A stretch of 64,000 bases of DNA from an uncultured virus (IMG/VR IMGVR_UViG_3300031088_000740) (IMGVR_UViG_3300031088_000740); one strand, 5' to 3'. Counted from the first letter of the stretch, positions 28,951 through 38,738 are shown. The notes: generated by a model from the sequence alone, not told the origin. Made by a program: numbers and translations.

Positions 28951-29973
28951 GTGACCAATCACCACGTTCACCAAACCAAGACTTACACCAAGAATAGCTA
29001 CACGATCATCGTGGTTCTGTTGGTGGTCTTTGTAGGTCTCATCATCGTCAAAAACGCTTTCCAGAACGTGCCAACTTCGGCTGTACCGTCAATCGTCACA
29101 GACGGTATCACTGTGGCTCTAGGCGTGTTCATTGGCGCGTTCCCCTTCGTTGTCCTCGGGGTCATCTTCTCTGTAATCACTCAGGTATTCATCCCCGACC
29201 ACCTCATTGAACGGCTAGCTACGGCTCATCCTGTTCTCCGACGCGCACTGCTCACAATGGCAGGGATGGGCTTCCCCGTATGCGAGTGCGGAAACTTACC
29301 AGTATCACGAGGACTGATGAGTAAGGGCTTCTCTCCTGGGGACGCAACTACGTTTCTTCTTGCTGCGCCCATCATCAATCCCATTACCATCATCACCACC
29401 GCACAGGCTTTCGGTTGGACAAGTGATGTCTTGTTTGGTCGCGTCATCGGCGGAATCGTTATAGCCAACGCCGTGGGCATCGTGTTCTCGCTGGTCAAGA
29501 ATCAACGGTCACTTCTGAGACAGGACTTCGCTGATTACTGCGAACACGAAATTGGTCATCACCATGCCAAGTCCGACCGGAAGAAAGAGAGCTTTGAGAA
29601 GTTCTTCAACGAGCTAGGAATGATGCTGCCCGCCATCATTCTGGGATCAGTTGTGGCGGCACTGATTCAGACATTGGTGCCTAGTTCTGTACTGACAGCA
29701 ATTGGTGACTCACCAATTCTCGGTATCCTCTTGATGATGCTTCTTGCCTTCATCATCTCCATCTGCTCAAACGTTGATAGCTTCTTTGCGCTGTCGCTCA
29801 GCAACACCTTTAGCAGCGGATCTATCGCATCGTTCCTCACCTTTGGTGCTATGGTTGATGTCAAGATGGTTACGCTAATGAAGACCACTTACTCCATGAA
29901 GGGTATGGGCATCATTATCGGAATCGCGGCAAGCGGAGCGTTTGCTGTAGGACTGGCGGTGAATGCACTATGA
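28951..29973 (+). CDS. DUF318 (UPF0718/YcgR-like) permease
   Basis: FPVCECGNLP, FLLAAPIINP, SICSNVDSF, FGAMVDVK. Confidence 0.88.
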   Translation: MTNHHVHQTKTYTKNSYTIIVVLLVVFVGLIIVKNAFQNVPTSAVPSIVTDGITVALGVFIGAFPFVVLGVIFSVITQVFIPDHLIERLATAHPVLRRALLTMAGMGFPVCECGNLPVSRGLMSKGFSPGDATTFLLAAPIINPITIITTAQAFGWTSDVLFGRVIGGIVIANAVGIVFSLVKNQRSLLRQDFADYCEHEIGHHHAKSDRKKESFEKFFNELGMMLPAIILGSVVAALIQTLVPSSVLTAIGDSPILGILLMMLLAFIISICSNVDSFFALSLSNTFSSGSIASFLTFGAMVDVKMVTLMKTTYSMKGMGIIIGIAASGAFAVGLAVNAL

Positions 29974-30692
29974 CAAAGGAAAAGGCGATTGTGGGCGGCG
30001 TACTTGCCGCTGCTGCTGGAATCATCTGGCTGTCCTTCTCGGGTCGGCTTATCTTGTACGTACACCCCGACTACGTAATCTTCACCACCATCATGGCTAT
30101 CGTTGCGATGGTGGGAGTCATTGGCTACTACGCATTCACCAGTAAGCCTGAAACCAAGGCGCATTGGACCCTGGTAGCCGCTGTGAGCGCCTTAGCCCTC
30201 GCTATTGCAGTAGTTCCCGCGTCAAGCCTTACAGTGGCTCATACGGACACTGAGGCTACAGCCAAGACAGATACTGTCGAGAAGCCGCAGATGACGCTCA
30301 TTGATATCCCTGCAACAGCAACAGTTGCCGAAACTGACCTCTACAAGATTCAGGCTCGTTTTGCCAACAAGCAGATGGAGTCTATTGATGGTCAGTACGT
30401 CAAGCTCAGCGCGTACCTCTATCAGTCCAAAGAGCAGCCTTCATGGAGCTACCTCACGCGAAGTCTTGTTAGCTGCTGCGTAGTCGATGCTCGTGATTTC
30501 AACCTGCTCACTACTACGACCGAGGACTCAAAGGCTCTCAATAACTCATGGGTAGAGGTAAGCGGAGAACTCGTATCAGGTGACGAGGCGGGAACTTGGT
30601 ATTACATCAAGCTCGCATCGGTCACCAAGATAGATGAGCCGCAGGAGCCTTACCTTTACGTGAACTTCACGGACACAAACTGGAACTTTTAG
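29970..30692 (+). CDS. DUF1980/TIGR03943 (YcgQ-like) permease partner
   Basis: LYVHPDY, VSCCVVDA, WVEVSG, EPQEPYLY; ATGA overlap. Confidence 0.85.
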   Translation: MTKEKAIVGGVLAAAAGIIWLSFSGRLILYVHPDYVIFTTIMAIVAMVGVIGYYAFTSKPETKAHWTLVAAVSALALAIAVVPASSLTVAHTDTEATAKTDTVEKPQMTLIDIPATATVAETDLYKIQARFANKQMESIDGQYVKLSAYLYQSKEQPSWSYLTRSLVSCCVVDARDFNLLTTTTEDSKALNNSWVEVSGELVSGDEAGTWYYIKLASVTKIDEPQEPYLYVNFTDTNWNF

Positions 30693-31471
30693 TCGTTCTC
30701 GTCATCGAAGTAGACATCACGCAAGTTGCCGTTACGGGCAGTGAGCGGAAGGTTCTTTGAGACCCATTCGAGAGCCTCCTTCAATGGCTTGCTTTCGTCT
30801 CCAAAGCGGTAGTAGTTACGCCTACTGCTCTGAATAACCGCAGCGGTACCATCCTCTGCGTTGACTTCGAGGTCGTACCATGATGAGTCGTTGTTGCCCG
30901 TCAAAAGACTGAACTTTACCTCTTCACGACCATCAGCTACTGTGCGCGCAAACGTCAACATGCCCTCAACAAGCTCATCATCGATTGGCTCTTTATGATC
31001 GAAGGAGAGCGTAGCAATGGGTAGCTGATGCTCCATGTCATAGGTGTCTACCCTGAATTTCTTGTGCACTCCTGATACCCACTTCTGCTCAATCTCACTT
31101 GCAAGTCTGTTTCTCCTTGCAAGGCTATTGAGATCCTTCAACTCTTCAATGGGCGAATCAGCGCTGTACTTATCCGCTTCGAGTTCAAGCTTCATGGTGA
31201 TGAAGTCGTCGTACTGCTTGTAGAGAGCCTTCCTCTCATCAGCAATCTTGGTTGACTGTGCGTCAAGCTCACTCATGCGAGACTCGACAGAATCGATGTT
31301 CTCGTTGAGGTCAGACAAAAGCTCAGCCTCTTCAGCCGCAATTGACTTCTTGGGCTGAGATACCGCACTGACACGATTCTTACCAGTGGAGGTATCGCCT
31401 ACCTTCTTGTGGACGGTAGTGCGCTTTCCGTTCTTGTCAACGATTGGAGTCGGAGTGGTGTTGTCAGCCAT
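30689..31471 (-). CDS. DKNGK-tagged acidic protein #5 with coiled coil
   Basis: MADNTTPTPIVDKNGKRTTVHKK; second gene of an operon with #6. Confidence 0.8.
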   Translation of the reverse strand: MADNTTPTPIVDKNGKRTTVHKKVGDTSTGKNRVSAVSQPKKSIAAEEAELLSDLNENIDSVESRMSELDAQSTKIADERKALYKQYDDFITMKLELEADKYSADSPIEELKDLNSLARRNRLASEIEQKWVSGVHKKFRVDTYDMEHQLPIATLSFDHKEPIDDELVEGMLTFARTVADGREEVKFSLLTGNNDSSWYDLEVNAEDGTAAVIQSSRRNYYRFGDESKPLKEALEWVSKNLPLTARNGNLRDVYFDDEND

Positions 31472-31479
31472 GATTGTCC

Positions 31480-32142
31480 TTACTGAACGTGTTCGTTTGC
31501 GCGGTATGCAGCGATGATGTGAATGAATGAGTAAGCCGGTGCTTCCCAATGTGCATGGTTGCCCTCTGGAATCATGTCACGAAGAGCCGAAGGCATTTCA
31601 ATGTACCTGTGTTCGTCAACCTTTCCGCCCATCATCTGTTCCAGTTCAGCCTTTGCACTCTGCTCTGCTTCGTCGGAAAGCTGGCGATTCACGAATACGT
31701 AGTCAGCGCCATAGCTCACGCTTACGCCGTCAACAGTTTGTCCCTCAACGTATTCTTTCAGGTCGATCATGCCGTTGAAGGTCGCGCCAGCGTAAGCTTT
31801 GGCGACATGCTCGACATCGCTTGAATGAGGACCATCGGTGTACCTAACGTTGATGGATGCTCCACCGGAGTACTTGCTGGTGTTCACATAGAACTTGGTG
31901 TCAGGGAAGTCCTTCTTGAATGCATCCTTGAGAGATTCACGCATAAGGGTAGCCGTCTCAGTCGGAGACAGGCGGAGAGTCTTTTTGACCTTGCCATCGT
32001 TGGTCGTGTACTCGGAAACATGACCGAGCGACTTGACACGAGACTTGCCCTTAGCGGCATCTTCAGCCAACTTATGAACGGTAGTGACTTTACCGTTCTT
32101 GTCGATTACCTGTTCTGGACGGGTACGTGCGCTTGCAGCCAT
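31480..32142 (-). CDS. DKNGK-tagged protein #6 with LPD29-like polyvalent-protein domain
   Basis: QVIDKNGKVTTVHK; ETATLMRESLK..FPDTKFYV..SKYSGGASINVRYTDGP...FNGMID...YGADYVFVNR. Confidence 0.7.
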   Translation of the reverse strand: MAASARTRPEQVIDKNGKVTTVHKLAEDAAKGKSRVKSLGHVSEYTTNDGKVKKTLRLSPTETATLMRESLKDAFKKDFPDTKFYVNTSKYSGGASINVRYTDGPHSSDVEHVAKAYAGATFNGMIDLKEYVEGQTVDGVSVSYGADYVFVNRQLSDEAEQSAKAELEQMMGGKVDEHRYIEMPSALRDMIPEGNHAHWEAPAYSFIHIIAAYRANEHVQ

Positions 32143-32175
32143 GATGTTTCTTCCTCACGAGATGGGGTTGACTAT

Positions 32176-32197
32176 ATTGTAGCTGAAGTCGCTGACA
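32176..32197 (-). promoter_or_regulatory. TGTC-N12-TAnnnT promoter motif
   Basis: TGTC agcgacttcagc TACAAT. Confidence 0.7.
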
Positions 32198-32228
32198 CTC
32201 TAATTTAGTACAGAGGGAGGAAAGTGGA

Positions 32229-32411
32229 TCAGAATGGAGGAAGGTCGTCTAGTCGGTAGTTGTCCACCAGCCTGGTGAACGAATCGTCCTCGATTTCCTC
32301 ATGACCCATTGGGTGCTCATATCGAGGATCGCAGCCGCATATGACGAACTCTTCCTCACGCCCGAACACGTCGATGAGCGCCAGTACGGGGAAGTGGAAC
32401 GTCTCTGCCAT
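32229..32411 (-). CDS. small hypothetical protein
   Basis: TAATG overlap with the upstream gene. Confidence 0.45.
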   Translation of the reverse strand: MAETFHFPVLALIDVFGREEEFVICGCDPRYEHPMGHEEIEDDSFTRLVDNYRLDDLPPF

Positions 32412-32683
32412 TACTGGAAGTTTGGTCCCGTAAGAAAACCCACACCATACTTGTATGTCAACTCGCCAGAATTGACCATCTCCAAGAGAACATCGTTTGC
32501 TTCGCTCTCGGATATCTCAGCACCCTGAGCGAGGTACTTGACCATACGGTCGTTAGTTGTTGACATGTGCTCGTTGCGCATGACTCGACGGGCGATATCA
32601 AATGCGAAGTCTCTTGCGGTTGAACTGGTAGCTACGGTTGACACAGAATTTCCTTGGTTGATGGCATGAATATGCCTTGGCAA
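32411..32683 (-). CDS. small winged-helix-like protein (true start probably later)
   Basis: EISESEANDVLLEMVNSGELTY. Confidence 0.45.
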   Translation of the reverse strand: MPRHIHAINQGNSVSTVATSSTARDFAFDIARRVMRNEHMSTTNDRMVKYLAQGAEISESEANDVLLEMVNSGELTYKYGVGFLTGPNFQ

Positions 32684-32709
32684 GTATAGCTAACAAAGGG
32701 TGGTTCTTG

Positions 32710-33453
32710 CTACCTCTCCAAGAAAGGCTTATCGCTCTCATTAGCTGGTCCGTTAGGGTATTCAAAGCGGACAACTGCGTCGGGGAATACACCAGGGAAC
32801 CTATTCGCCCATTGGTCTTCTACATCGAGATAATCGAGCACCTCGATCTGATTGTCAGCCAGTGGTCGGAAGGCGCTCTTGGCATCTGAAGCAAGTCCAG
32901 AATACGGAATCTCTTCACCGTTCTTGTACACCTTCATTCCCCTGTCAGAGAACGTCTGCATGTAGGTATCGGTGCGTGTTCTTCCTGTCGCGATGTCGCG
33001 CATACTACGAGGAAGTGGTGAATCAAAAGACTGGCTCACCTGCACCGAGTACTGTCTCCGAGGATCACCATCTAGCCCACTGAAACCATGCCATTCGGTC
33101 ACAGTATCAACTTTTGCTCCGCCAGCTTGAAGCTTGTCCTTGACTCGGTACCCTCTAATCTCCCGGTCATCTTTGACCGATCCCCAGTCAACAAGCGCTG
33201 CTCTTTCATCCAGTTGAAATTCAGTGAGATGGCTGCTTTCAGAATCCAGAAGGTACGCCTCATACTCATCATCGGAAATCAGGTCTACCATGTTGACGGG
33301 GTTCATAGATGCAGGAGGTGGTGCCCATAGCTCATCTCCATTACCAGACCTAGCCGGTGCAGAGATATAGCCTGCGGGGTTGACCATACGGAACGTTGAT
33401 ACGCCGTTCTTGTCAACGATAGGCTGCTTGATGAGATGGCTGTTGCTGGGCAT
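32710..33453 (-). CDS. DKNGK-tagged protein #7
   Basis: IKQPIVDKNGVSTFRMVNP; AGTC-N12-TAAAAT at 33460-33481, 6 nt before the ATG. Confidence 0.75.
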   Translation of the reverse strand: MPSNSHLIKQPIVDKNGVSTFRMVNPAGYISAPARSGNGDELWAPPPASMNPVNMVDLISDDEYEAYLLDSESSHLTEFQLDERAALVDWGSVKDDREIRGYRVKDKLQAGGAKVDTVTEWHGFSGLDGDPRRQYSVQVSQSFDSPLPRSMRDIATGRTRTDTYMQTFSDRGMKVYKNGEEIPYSGLASDAKSAFRPLADNQIEVLDYLDVEDQWANRFPGVFPDAVVRFEYPNGPANESDKPFLER

Positions 33454-33490
33454 GTACCGATTTTACTCGATACCGCCGACTCAAATACCC

Positions 33491-33784
33491 TTAGGCAGCA
33501 TACAGATGGGTGCAGTAAGTGTCCCAGTCGCTCTTGACTCGCTCGACTAGTTGATCAACGATTCCGTCTTCGTTGTTCGTGAAGTCGGTGCCATTCATGT
33601 CTTCGAGGATGAGGCGACCAATGAGTTCCGAGTAGAAGAATCTCTCGTACTTGTCATCCCAGAATTCTGGGAACTGGTATCCGTTCTGCTTCAATTTGGT
33701 GATGTATTCAGACTGGCTATTCAATGTGTACTCCTGTATTGCGCGCAACAAATGCGCTGATCTTGTCGAGGTCTTCGCGTACAA
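33491..33784 (-). CDS. small hypothetical protein (likely TTG start near 33724)
   Basis: RBS caggag before LNSQSEY. Confidence 0.45.
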   Translation of the reverse strand: MYAKTSTRSAHLLRAIQEYTLNSQSEYITKLKQNGYQFPEFWDDKYERFFYSELIGRLILEDMNGTDFTNNEDGIVDQLVERVKSDWDTYCTHLYAA

Positions 33785-34250
33785 GACCTTTGTATGTGTC
33801 AGGCGAGAGGATCTCTACCTGAGGTGCGCTTGGTAGCCACCTTGCTACATCTTTAGCATACGCCAAATCGTCGTCCACCCAGAGAATAGGGCGGGCTGGA
33901 TCGGCAGTACATATGGACTGAATAGCGACAAGCTTCCACCAAGGGTTTGCACGGTAGTTCTTATAGCTATCGTGCCAGGGTAGCTCGGCTATTCCAATGG
34001 TCGCAGGGAACCTTGTGGTTCTTTCTTTCCAAGTCGTCAGCCATTCGACATCAACAACGCCCAATGAGACAATCCGGTTGAAAAAGTCCACTACCGAGGG
34101 CGACAAAAGAACATCGGGTCGTTCCCGGTTTTCAGTAACTGCGAACTCAGCTACATCATCCCAGCCATTGCTTACTTCCTCCAAAATGTTGACGATGTTG
34201 AAGACACCATCGAAGTCAATGAGGATAAGCGGATTGGACACGCTGAGCAT
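33717..34250 (-). CDS. HAD-family phosphatase (Swiss-army-knife RNA-repair type)
   Basis: LIDFDGVFN, WLTTW, WWK, LWVDDD, P..GL. Confidence 0.8.
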   Translation of the reverse strand: MLSVSNPLILIDFDGVFNIVNILEEVSNGWDDVAEFAVTENRERPDVLLSPSVVDFFNRIVSLGVVDVEWLTTWKERTTRFPATIGIAELPWHDSYKNYRANPWWKLVAIQSICTADPARPILWVDDDLAYAKDVARWLPSAPQVEILSPDTYKGLVREDLDKISAFVARNTGVHIE

Positions 34251-34284
34251 AGTAACTCATAGCGTCACTTTTTGCCACCTTTGG

Positions 34285-34887
34285 TTATCGACCAGCCTCA
34301 TCGAATTCAGCATTCATCTTCTCCATGTACGCGCTGGCGAAGAACCTAGCCTCATAAGCCAACTGGTCCTCTGTAGCTGCATACATGGCTTGGGTATCAG
34401 TGGCATCGTGCTTATCTCTGTAGTCGGGAGGCGGCAACTTACCCTTTGATCTGAGGTCGTACTCTGCATCTGAGAAAGCCATGCCGAGATGCGATAGTCG
34501 GATGTTCGCAACTGCTCGAACGGCACTATCGATAGTCACACTCGAACCAGATCCTAATGGCTTGTGCTCGCGCCCATGCGAAATCGAATAGTACGATGCG
34601 TAGAGAAAAAGGTCGGACGATAGAAGGCTTTCTTGCCCCACAGGTATTTGCTCGCGAGCTAAGTCAACCATTTTCTTCGTCTCTATAACCACCATATCGA
34701 GAAGGTCAAATGGCGTGGTCGCCTTCAATTTTACCTCGTCGTAGAAACCGTATCTCCCTTCGCGCGGGGATATCTTCAGGCTGCCCTCGAACATGGGCAG
34801 GTCTTTTACCTTTTTGGGTTTGAACACCTTGTCACCTCCTCTTATCATGAATGGTATCCAATAGGAGCAGATATAGCTAGCCTCCAA
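34285..34887 (-). CDS. hypothetical protein
   Basis: Long ORF; start uncertain. Confidence 0.55.
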   Translation of the reverse strand: MEASYICSYWIPFMIRGGDKVFKPKKVKDLPMFEGSLKISPREGRYGFYDEVKLKATTPFDLLDMVVIETKKMVDLAREQIPVGQESLLSSDLFLYASYYSISHGREHKPLGSGSSVTIDSAVRAVANIRLSHLGMAFSDAEYDLRSKGKLPPPDYRDKHDATDTQAMYAATEDQLAYEARFFASAYMEKMNAEFDEAGR

Positions 34888-34940
34888 GCAGAGAGCACTC
34901 GTGTTTCTGGTGTAACATCAGTGCAACGAAAGGCTTCCAT

Positions 34941-35843
34941 ATGAATTCTCAGAGAGTGACTAATGCAGTTTACCTATCCGCTCTGGGTGATGGATGGGGA
35001 TACACCACAGAGTTCACAAGTTTCGGAAGCATCCCGCGTGAGGTTCCCATTCCGAACCCAGTAAGGATCTCTGATGACACTCAGATGGCTATTGCTGTCA
35101 TTCAGGGCATCGAAAAATCACGCTCCACTACCGATAGCGAACTGCTAGCAATCGGTGATGCTTTTCTCATTTGGGCAGATGACGTAGACAACAACAGAGC
35201 ACCAGGCAATACCTGCATGTCTGCTCTTTCTCAGTTCGGTAGAACACGTGAACTTGCTAACCCATTCTCAGGCACCATTCTCGCCTCTAAAGGCTGCGGC
35301 GCGAACATGCGCGCGGGCTGGCTTGGCTTCTTGGATAGACCCATTGAGGACATCGAGCAGCTAGCATCAGACCAGGCGAAGATTACACATGGGCACCCTA
35401 CTGCTCTGGAGTCAAGCGCTCTCACTACTCACGCCGTATGGGCTATCGCACATGACGAAGTAGAGCACGGAGGACTTGTTGAGTACCTTCTGGGTCGTGC
35501 GGAAGACAGTGCGGTCATTGAGGCTCTTGTTCATGCCCGCGACACAGCCGCCGATTATGTCCGCAATCTTGACAACGACCCATGCTGGACTATTGGCGAA
35601 GGATGGATCGCAGAAGAAGCTCTTGCGTTGGCAGCTAAGGTCTTCGATGTGTACGACAACCCCGCTGAAGGTCTTCTTCGGTCGGTAAGAACAGGTGGAG
35701 ATTCAGACTCTATCGCGTGCATCGCAGGCTCGTTTATGGGTGCATCCTTGGATACTGACTGGCGCGAACTGTTTGAGGGCGATATCCGCTTCGAACCACG
35801 ATACGAAAGGGAGCTAGCGGACGTTCTGTCTGTTCTCGCTTAG
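34941..35843 (+). CDS. ADP-ribosylglycohydrolase (DraG/ARH family)
   Basis: GDGWGY..EF, SDDTQM, RAPGNTC, SKGCGANMR, THGHP, GGDSDSIACIAG. Confidence 0.92.
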   Translation: MNSQRVTNAVYLSALGDGWGYTTEFTSFGSIPREVPIPNPVRISDDTQMAIAVIQGIEKSRSTTDSELLAIGDAFLIWADDVDNNRAPGNTCMSALSQFGRTRELANPFSGTILASKGCGANMRAGWLGFLDRPIEDIEQLASDQAKITHGHPTALESSALTTHAVWAIAHDEVEHGGLVEYLLGRAEDSAVIEALVHARDTAADYVRNLDNDPCWTIGEGWIAEEALALAAKVFDVYDNPAEGLLRSVRTGGDSDSIACIAGSFMGASLDTDWRELFEGDIRFEPRYERELADVLSVLA

Positions 35844-36310
35844 CGAGCGAATCTACCCTCTGCGCGGTCATCAAGCTCATGCATGATTGACTCAGCATAG
35901 GAGAGCATCGCCCTCTCGTCATTAGACAAAGCCTCCTTGGCAAAGTGCATACCGGCGAAGTAGCTTCGAAGGCGCTCAAACGAGACATTGGCTGGCGGGA
36001 TGTCAGTTCCCGGCTCGGTGCCAGGGTTGTCGGCATAGACAAAGAGTGACTGAACACGCTTCTTTGTGGTGTGTTCAAGCTCCTTCTTCCAACGGTGCGT
36101 GGGCTGGAAGTGGTTCACGGCATGACGGATATCGTCAAAGGTCATATCGGCTGGCTGAAGTCTCTTGGTGTCTACCTCTGTAGCTGCGTTGGTAGGCACC
36201 GCAACCGCCGCCAAGCGATTCGATTCGCCAGCGGTCTGAATCTTCTTGTTGACGTGGGTAGCCTTACCGTTCTTGTCAACGATTGGCGTTCTAACTGTGT
36301 TGCCTGACAT
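35840..36310 (-). CDS. DKNGK-tagged protein #8
   Basis: Start ATG 36310 after gaaagg; MSGNTVRTPIVDKNGKATHVNKK. Confidence 0.8.
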   Translation of the reverse strand: MSGNTVRTPIVDKNGKATHVNKKIQTAGESNRLAAVAVPTNAATEVDTKRLQPADMTFDDIRHAVNHFQPTHRWKKELEHTTKKRVQSLFVYADNPGTEPGTDIPPANVSFERLRSYFAGMHFAKEALSNDERAMLSYAESIMHELDDRAEGRFAR

Positions 36311-36332
36311 GAATGAACCTTTCGTTGACTCA

Positions 36333-36354
36333 ATCTTATCAGCAGCCGTAGACA
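36333..36354 (-). promoter_or_regulatory. TGTC-N12-TAnnnT promoter motif
   Basis: TGTC tacggctgctga TAAGAT. Confidence 0.7.
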
Positions 36355-36362
36355 AAGAAGAC

Positions 36363-36617
36363 TTAGGTGGCAAGCAGGAACTTCTTGGCACCTGTGAGGT
36401 GCTGAACGGGACGAACAGGCTTGTTGCGACCACCCTGACCCATCCAGACCACGGCATCATCGGGGCAGTCCTTAATGAACGAGCGCAACTGACCTACAGT
36501 CAAAGCACCCTTCTCATTGTCCAGATCCACGCCATCTTCCAGCGTTGTGAACGGTGGCAGTTGCAGACTCATATGGATGCCTCTCGAATAGCGGAAGCAA
36601 AGGCTAACATGCTTCAT
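36363..36617 (-). CDS. small hypothetical protein (start probably MSLQLPP)
   Basis: LTVGQLRSFIKDCPDDAVV, a common phage small-protein pattern. Confidence 0.5.
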   Translation of the reverse strand: MKHVSLCFRYSRGIHMSLQLPPFTTLEDGVDLDNEKGALTVGQLRSFIKDCPDDAVVWMGQGGRNKPVRPVQHLTGAKKFLLAT

Positions 36618-36684
36618 AGAGAGAAGCTATAGGTGTACCATCTTCAGGCATCACTAAATCAACCAAGACGCGAAAGGGCGCACC

Positions 36685-36945
36685 ATGTCAGCACTAGAAA
36701 TTCTCCGTAAGAACGCACTAGCATCAGAAGGCAACTTCTCCTATGAAGAGCGCGAGCTAAAGGACAACCTCGTAGCAGTAGAGATCGTTCGAAACGGCGA
36801 GACCAAGATTCAGTTCAGAGAGTTCTACTTCATTGTGGATGTTGTCAAGGAGGCTGTATACCTCGTTGACTATTCCGAGCCTGAAAGCGTCCTCGTGGAG
36901 AAGATTAGACGCGGCATCTCAAAGCCATTTGCTCAGTCTGAATGA
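36685..36945 (+). CDS. hypothetical protein
   Basis: RBS gaaaggg. Confidence 0.55.
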   Translation: MSALEILRKNALASEGNFSYEERELKDNLVAVEIVRNGETKIQFREFYFIVDVVKEAVYLVDYSEPESVLVEKIRRGISKPFAQSE

Positions 36946-36959
36946 GTCATGACGACTAG

Positions 36960-37841
36960 CTATCTTGCCGTACCTTCAATACTCGTTGTGTCGAAACCAT
37001 CCTGGGGTTCGAACTCCAACTTGTAAGAAAGTGACTTTAGCCTTGGCGCAGTGGTTGTGCTGTAGTCAAAGTGCTCGATGATGCTTTCACTACCCTGAAT
37101 GGTCGCCTCTGTGAAGACTTTAGAGCGGTCGTAGATGGTGAGTTTGATGTCGCCAGAGTAAAGCTCGCCCTTGTCATTATCCATAGCACTAGCACCGAAG
37201 TTGATGACATGTCGCTCACCATTAATCTCAGCAGCGCCTAGGTGAATCTCGGACAATGGCAAGGGCAAGACAACTGGCACTTCTCCACGCTTGACAACCC
37301 CTTGGGGTAGTGCTTCGACTGTGCCCGGCCAGGAACCAAACTGCTTCTTCATCCCCTCGTCAGATACTGTCACGCTCGAACTACCGCTAGTCCATTCATC
37401 TTCACCGAAGAGTTCCGTCAACTCATCTCTCCAAAGAAAGTGTGACGAGACACCTCCTTGGAAATCGATATGGACTGTTCCTTTGGGAGAATTTTCGTTA
37501 GCACTCCAGGCTTCTTGCAATGTGTACCGAAGGAAATCTTTTGGTTTTGAGATGACATAGCCATCTTCGATATCAACAGATACCTTGTAGTTCATACCGT
37601 CTGTAACCACCAGAGTGCCGTAAGACCAAGGGTCGTACTCGAACTCAGCGTTAGACACCCCATCAACAGATTCAATGTTCTTGGTGAGTTCACTGGCTGT
37701 TTGACCAGCACCGCCATTGTCCTGTGGGACGTAAGGTGAAGAGCAGGCTGCCACTAGCAGAGAAACGACAGTGATGAGAGACACCGCAGCAACACCTCGC
37801 GCCAATGCTCGCTTAGAACCGTTCAGTCGCCTACTCGTCAT
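36960..37841 (-). CDS. lipoprotein
   Basis: Basic N-terminus, hydrophobic stretch, lipobox VAAC. Confidence 0.7.
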   Translation of the reverse strand: MTSRRLNGSKRALARGVAAVSLITVVSLLVAACSSPYVPQDNGGAGQTASELTKNIESVDGVSNAEFEYDPWSYGTLVVTDGMNYKVSVDIEDGYVISKPKDFLRYTLQEAWSANENSPKGTVHIDFQGGVSSHFLWRDELTELFGEDEWTSGSSSVTVSDEGMKKQFGSWPGTVEALPQGVVKRGEVPVVLPLPLSEIHLGAAEINGERHVINFGASAMDNDKGELYSGDIKLTIYDRSKVFTEATIQGSESIIEHFDYSTTTAPRLKSLSYKLEFEPQDGFDTTSIEGTAR

Positions 37842-37908
37842 AATCGCAATGATACATCATGAGCATATTTGACCCAACACATCAACCGAATAGTCAGGTA
37901 GCAACAAG

Positions 37909-37937
37909 TTGACACCGCTGAAAATACAGCTTATGAT
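37909..37937 (+). promoter_or_regulatory. sigma-A-like promoter (leaderless)
   Basis: TTGACA-17-TATGAT, ATG 6 nt downstream. Confidence 0.75.
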
Positions 37938-37943
37938 AAGACT

Positions 37944-38729
37944 ATGACTTACACATACGGCATCGCCGGAGACTGGCACGGTAACCTCCCTTGGGCTATC
38001 AAGAGCCTGGGCGAGTTCCACAGCGCCGGAATCACAGAGGCTCTTCACCTCGGTGACTTCGGTCTCTTTGGCGATGATGACGGAATCGAGTTCATTCGTA
38101 CCGTCAACGAGATGTGTGCCAAGTACGGCATCACCCTGCTCGTCACCCTCGGTAACCACGACAACTGGGTGATGTTCGATGCTTTCGTTGCCATCGAGGA
38201 CGGACAGTACGACGGCTGGCTGCACAACCCTCTGTTCCCCAACGTGCTCTACGCACCGCGAGGACACCGCTGGGAGCGCGATGGGGTTTCGTTCGTCTCT
38301 CTGGGTGGTGCCAACAGCATCGACCGTTACGGGCGCGTTGAGGGCATCAACTGGTGGGCTGGTGAGCAGATCAGCTACGGTGACATCTACCAGACCCGCG
38401 CTGGTGGATACGCCGATGTATTCCTCGCTCACGACTGCCCTCGGGGTGTCAACCTCTTCGACACTCACCGCTCGGATGACAAGTGGAGTGCTGAGGCTGT
38501 CGAGTACGCTCAGCACTCTCGGGTTGCTACCCGTCAAGCTGTGGATGGTGTCAAGCCCGCCATGTATTTCCACGGGCACTACCACCACTACCTCGATCAG
38601 GTGACGACCCTCACAGATGAGGATGATGTCTCGTACGACCTTCGTACCATCGGAATGGACAAGGACGACTGTGACAACAACCTCGGTCTTCTGGAGCTTC
38701 CCAGCATGAAGTTCACCATCCTGAAGTAG
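37944..38729 (+). CDS. calcineurin-like metallophosphoesterase
   Basis: GDWHG, LGDFG, GNHD, GGANSID, WWAGE, AHDCP, FHGHYH. Confidence 0.9.
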   Translation: MTYTYGIAGDWHGNLPWAIKSLGEFHSAGITEALHLGDFGLFGDDDGIEFIRTVNEMCAKYGITLLVTLGNHDNWVMFDAFVAIEDGQYDGWLHNPLFPNVLYAPRGHRWERDGVSFVSLGGANSIDRYGRVEGINWWAGEQISYGDIYQTRAGGYADVFLAHDCPRGVNLFDTHRSDDKWSAEAVEYAQHSRVATRQAVDGVKPAMYFHGHYHHYLDQVTTLTDEDDVSYDLRTIGMDKDDCDNNLGLLELPSMKFTILK

Positions 38730-38738
38730 ACCATCAGA

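Noticed and set aside
36311..36460. N-terminal extensions given by the ORF track (36460, 31549, 5395, 51259, 22724, 13908)
   Set aside because: RBS and promoter positions support later starts, which place the DKNGK tag at the true N-terminus.
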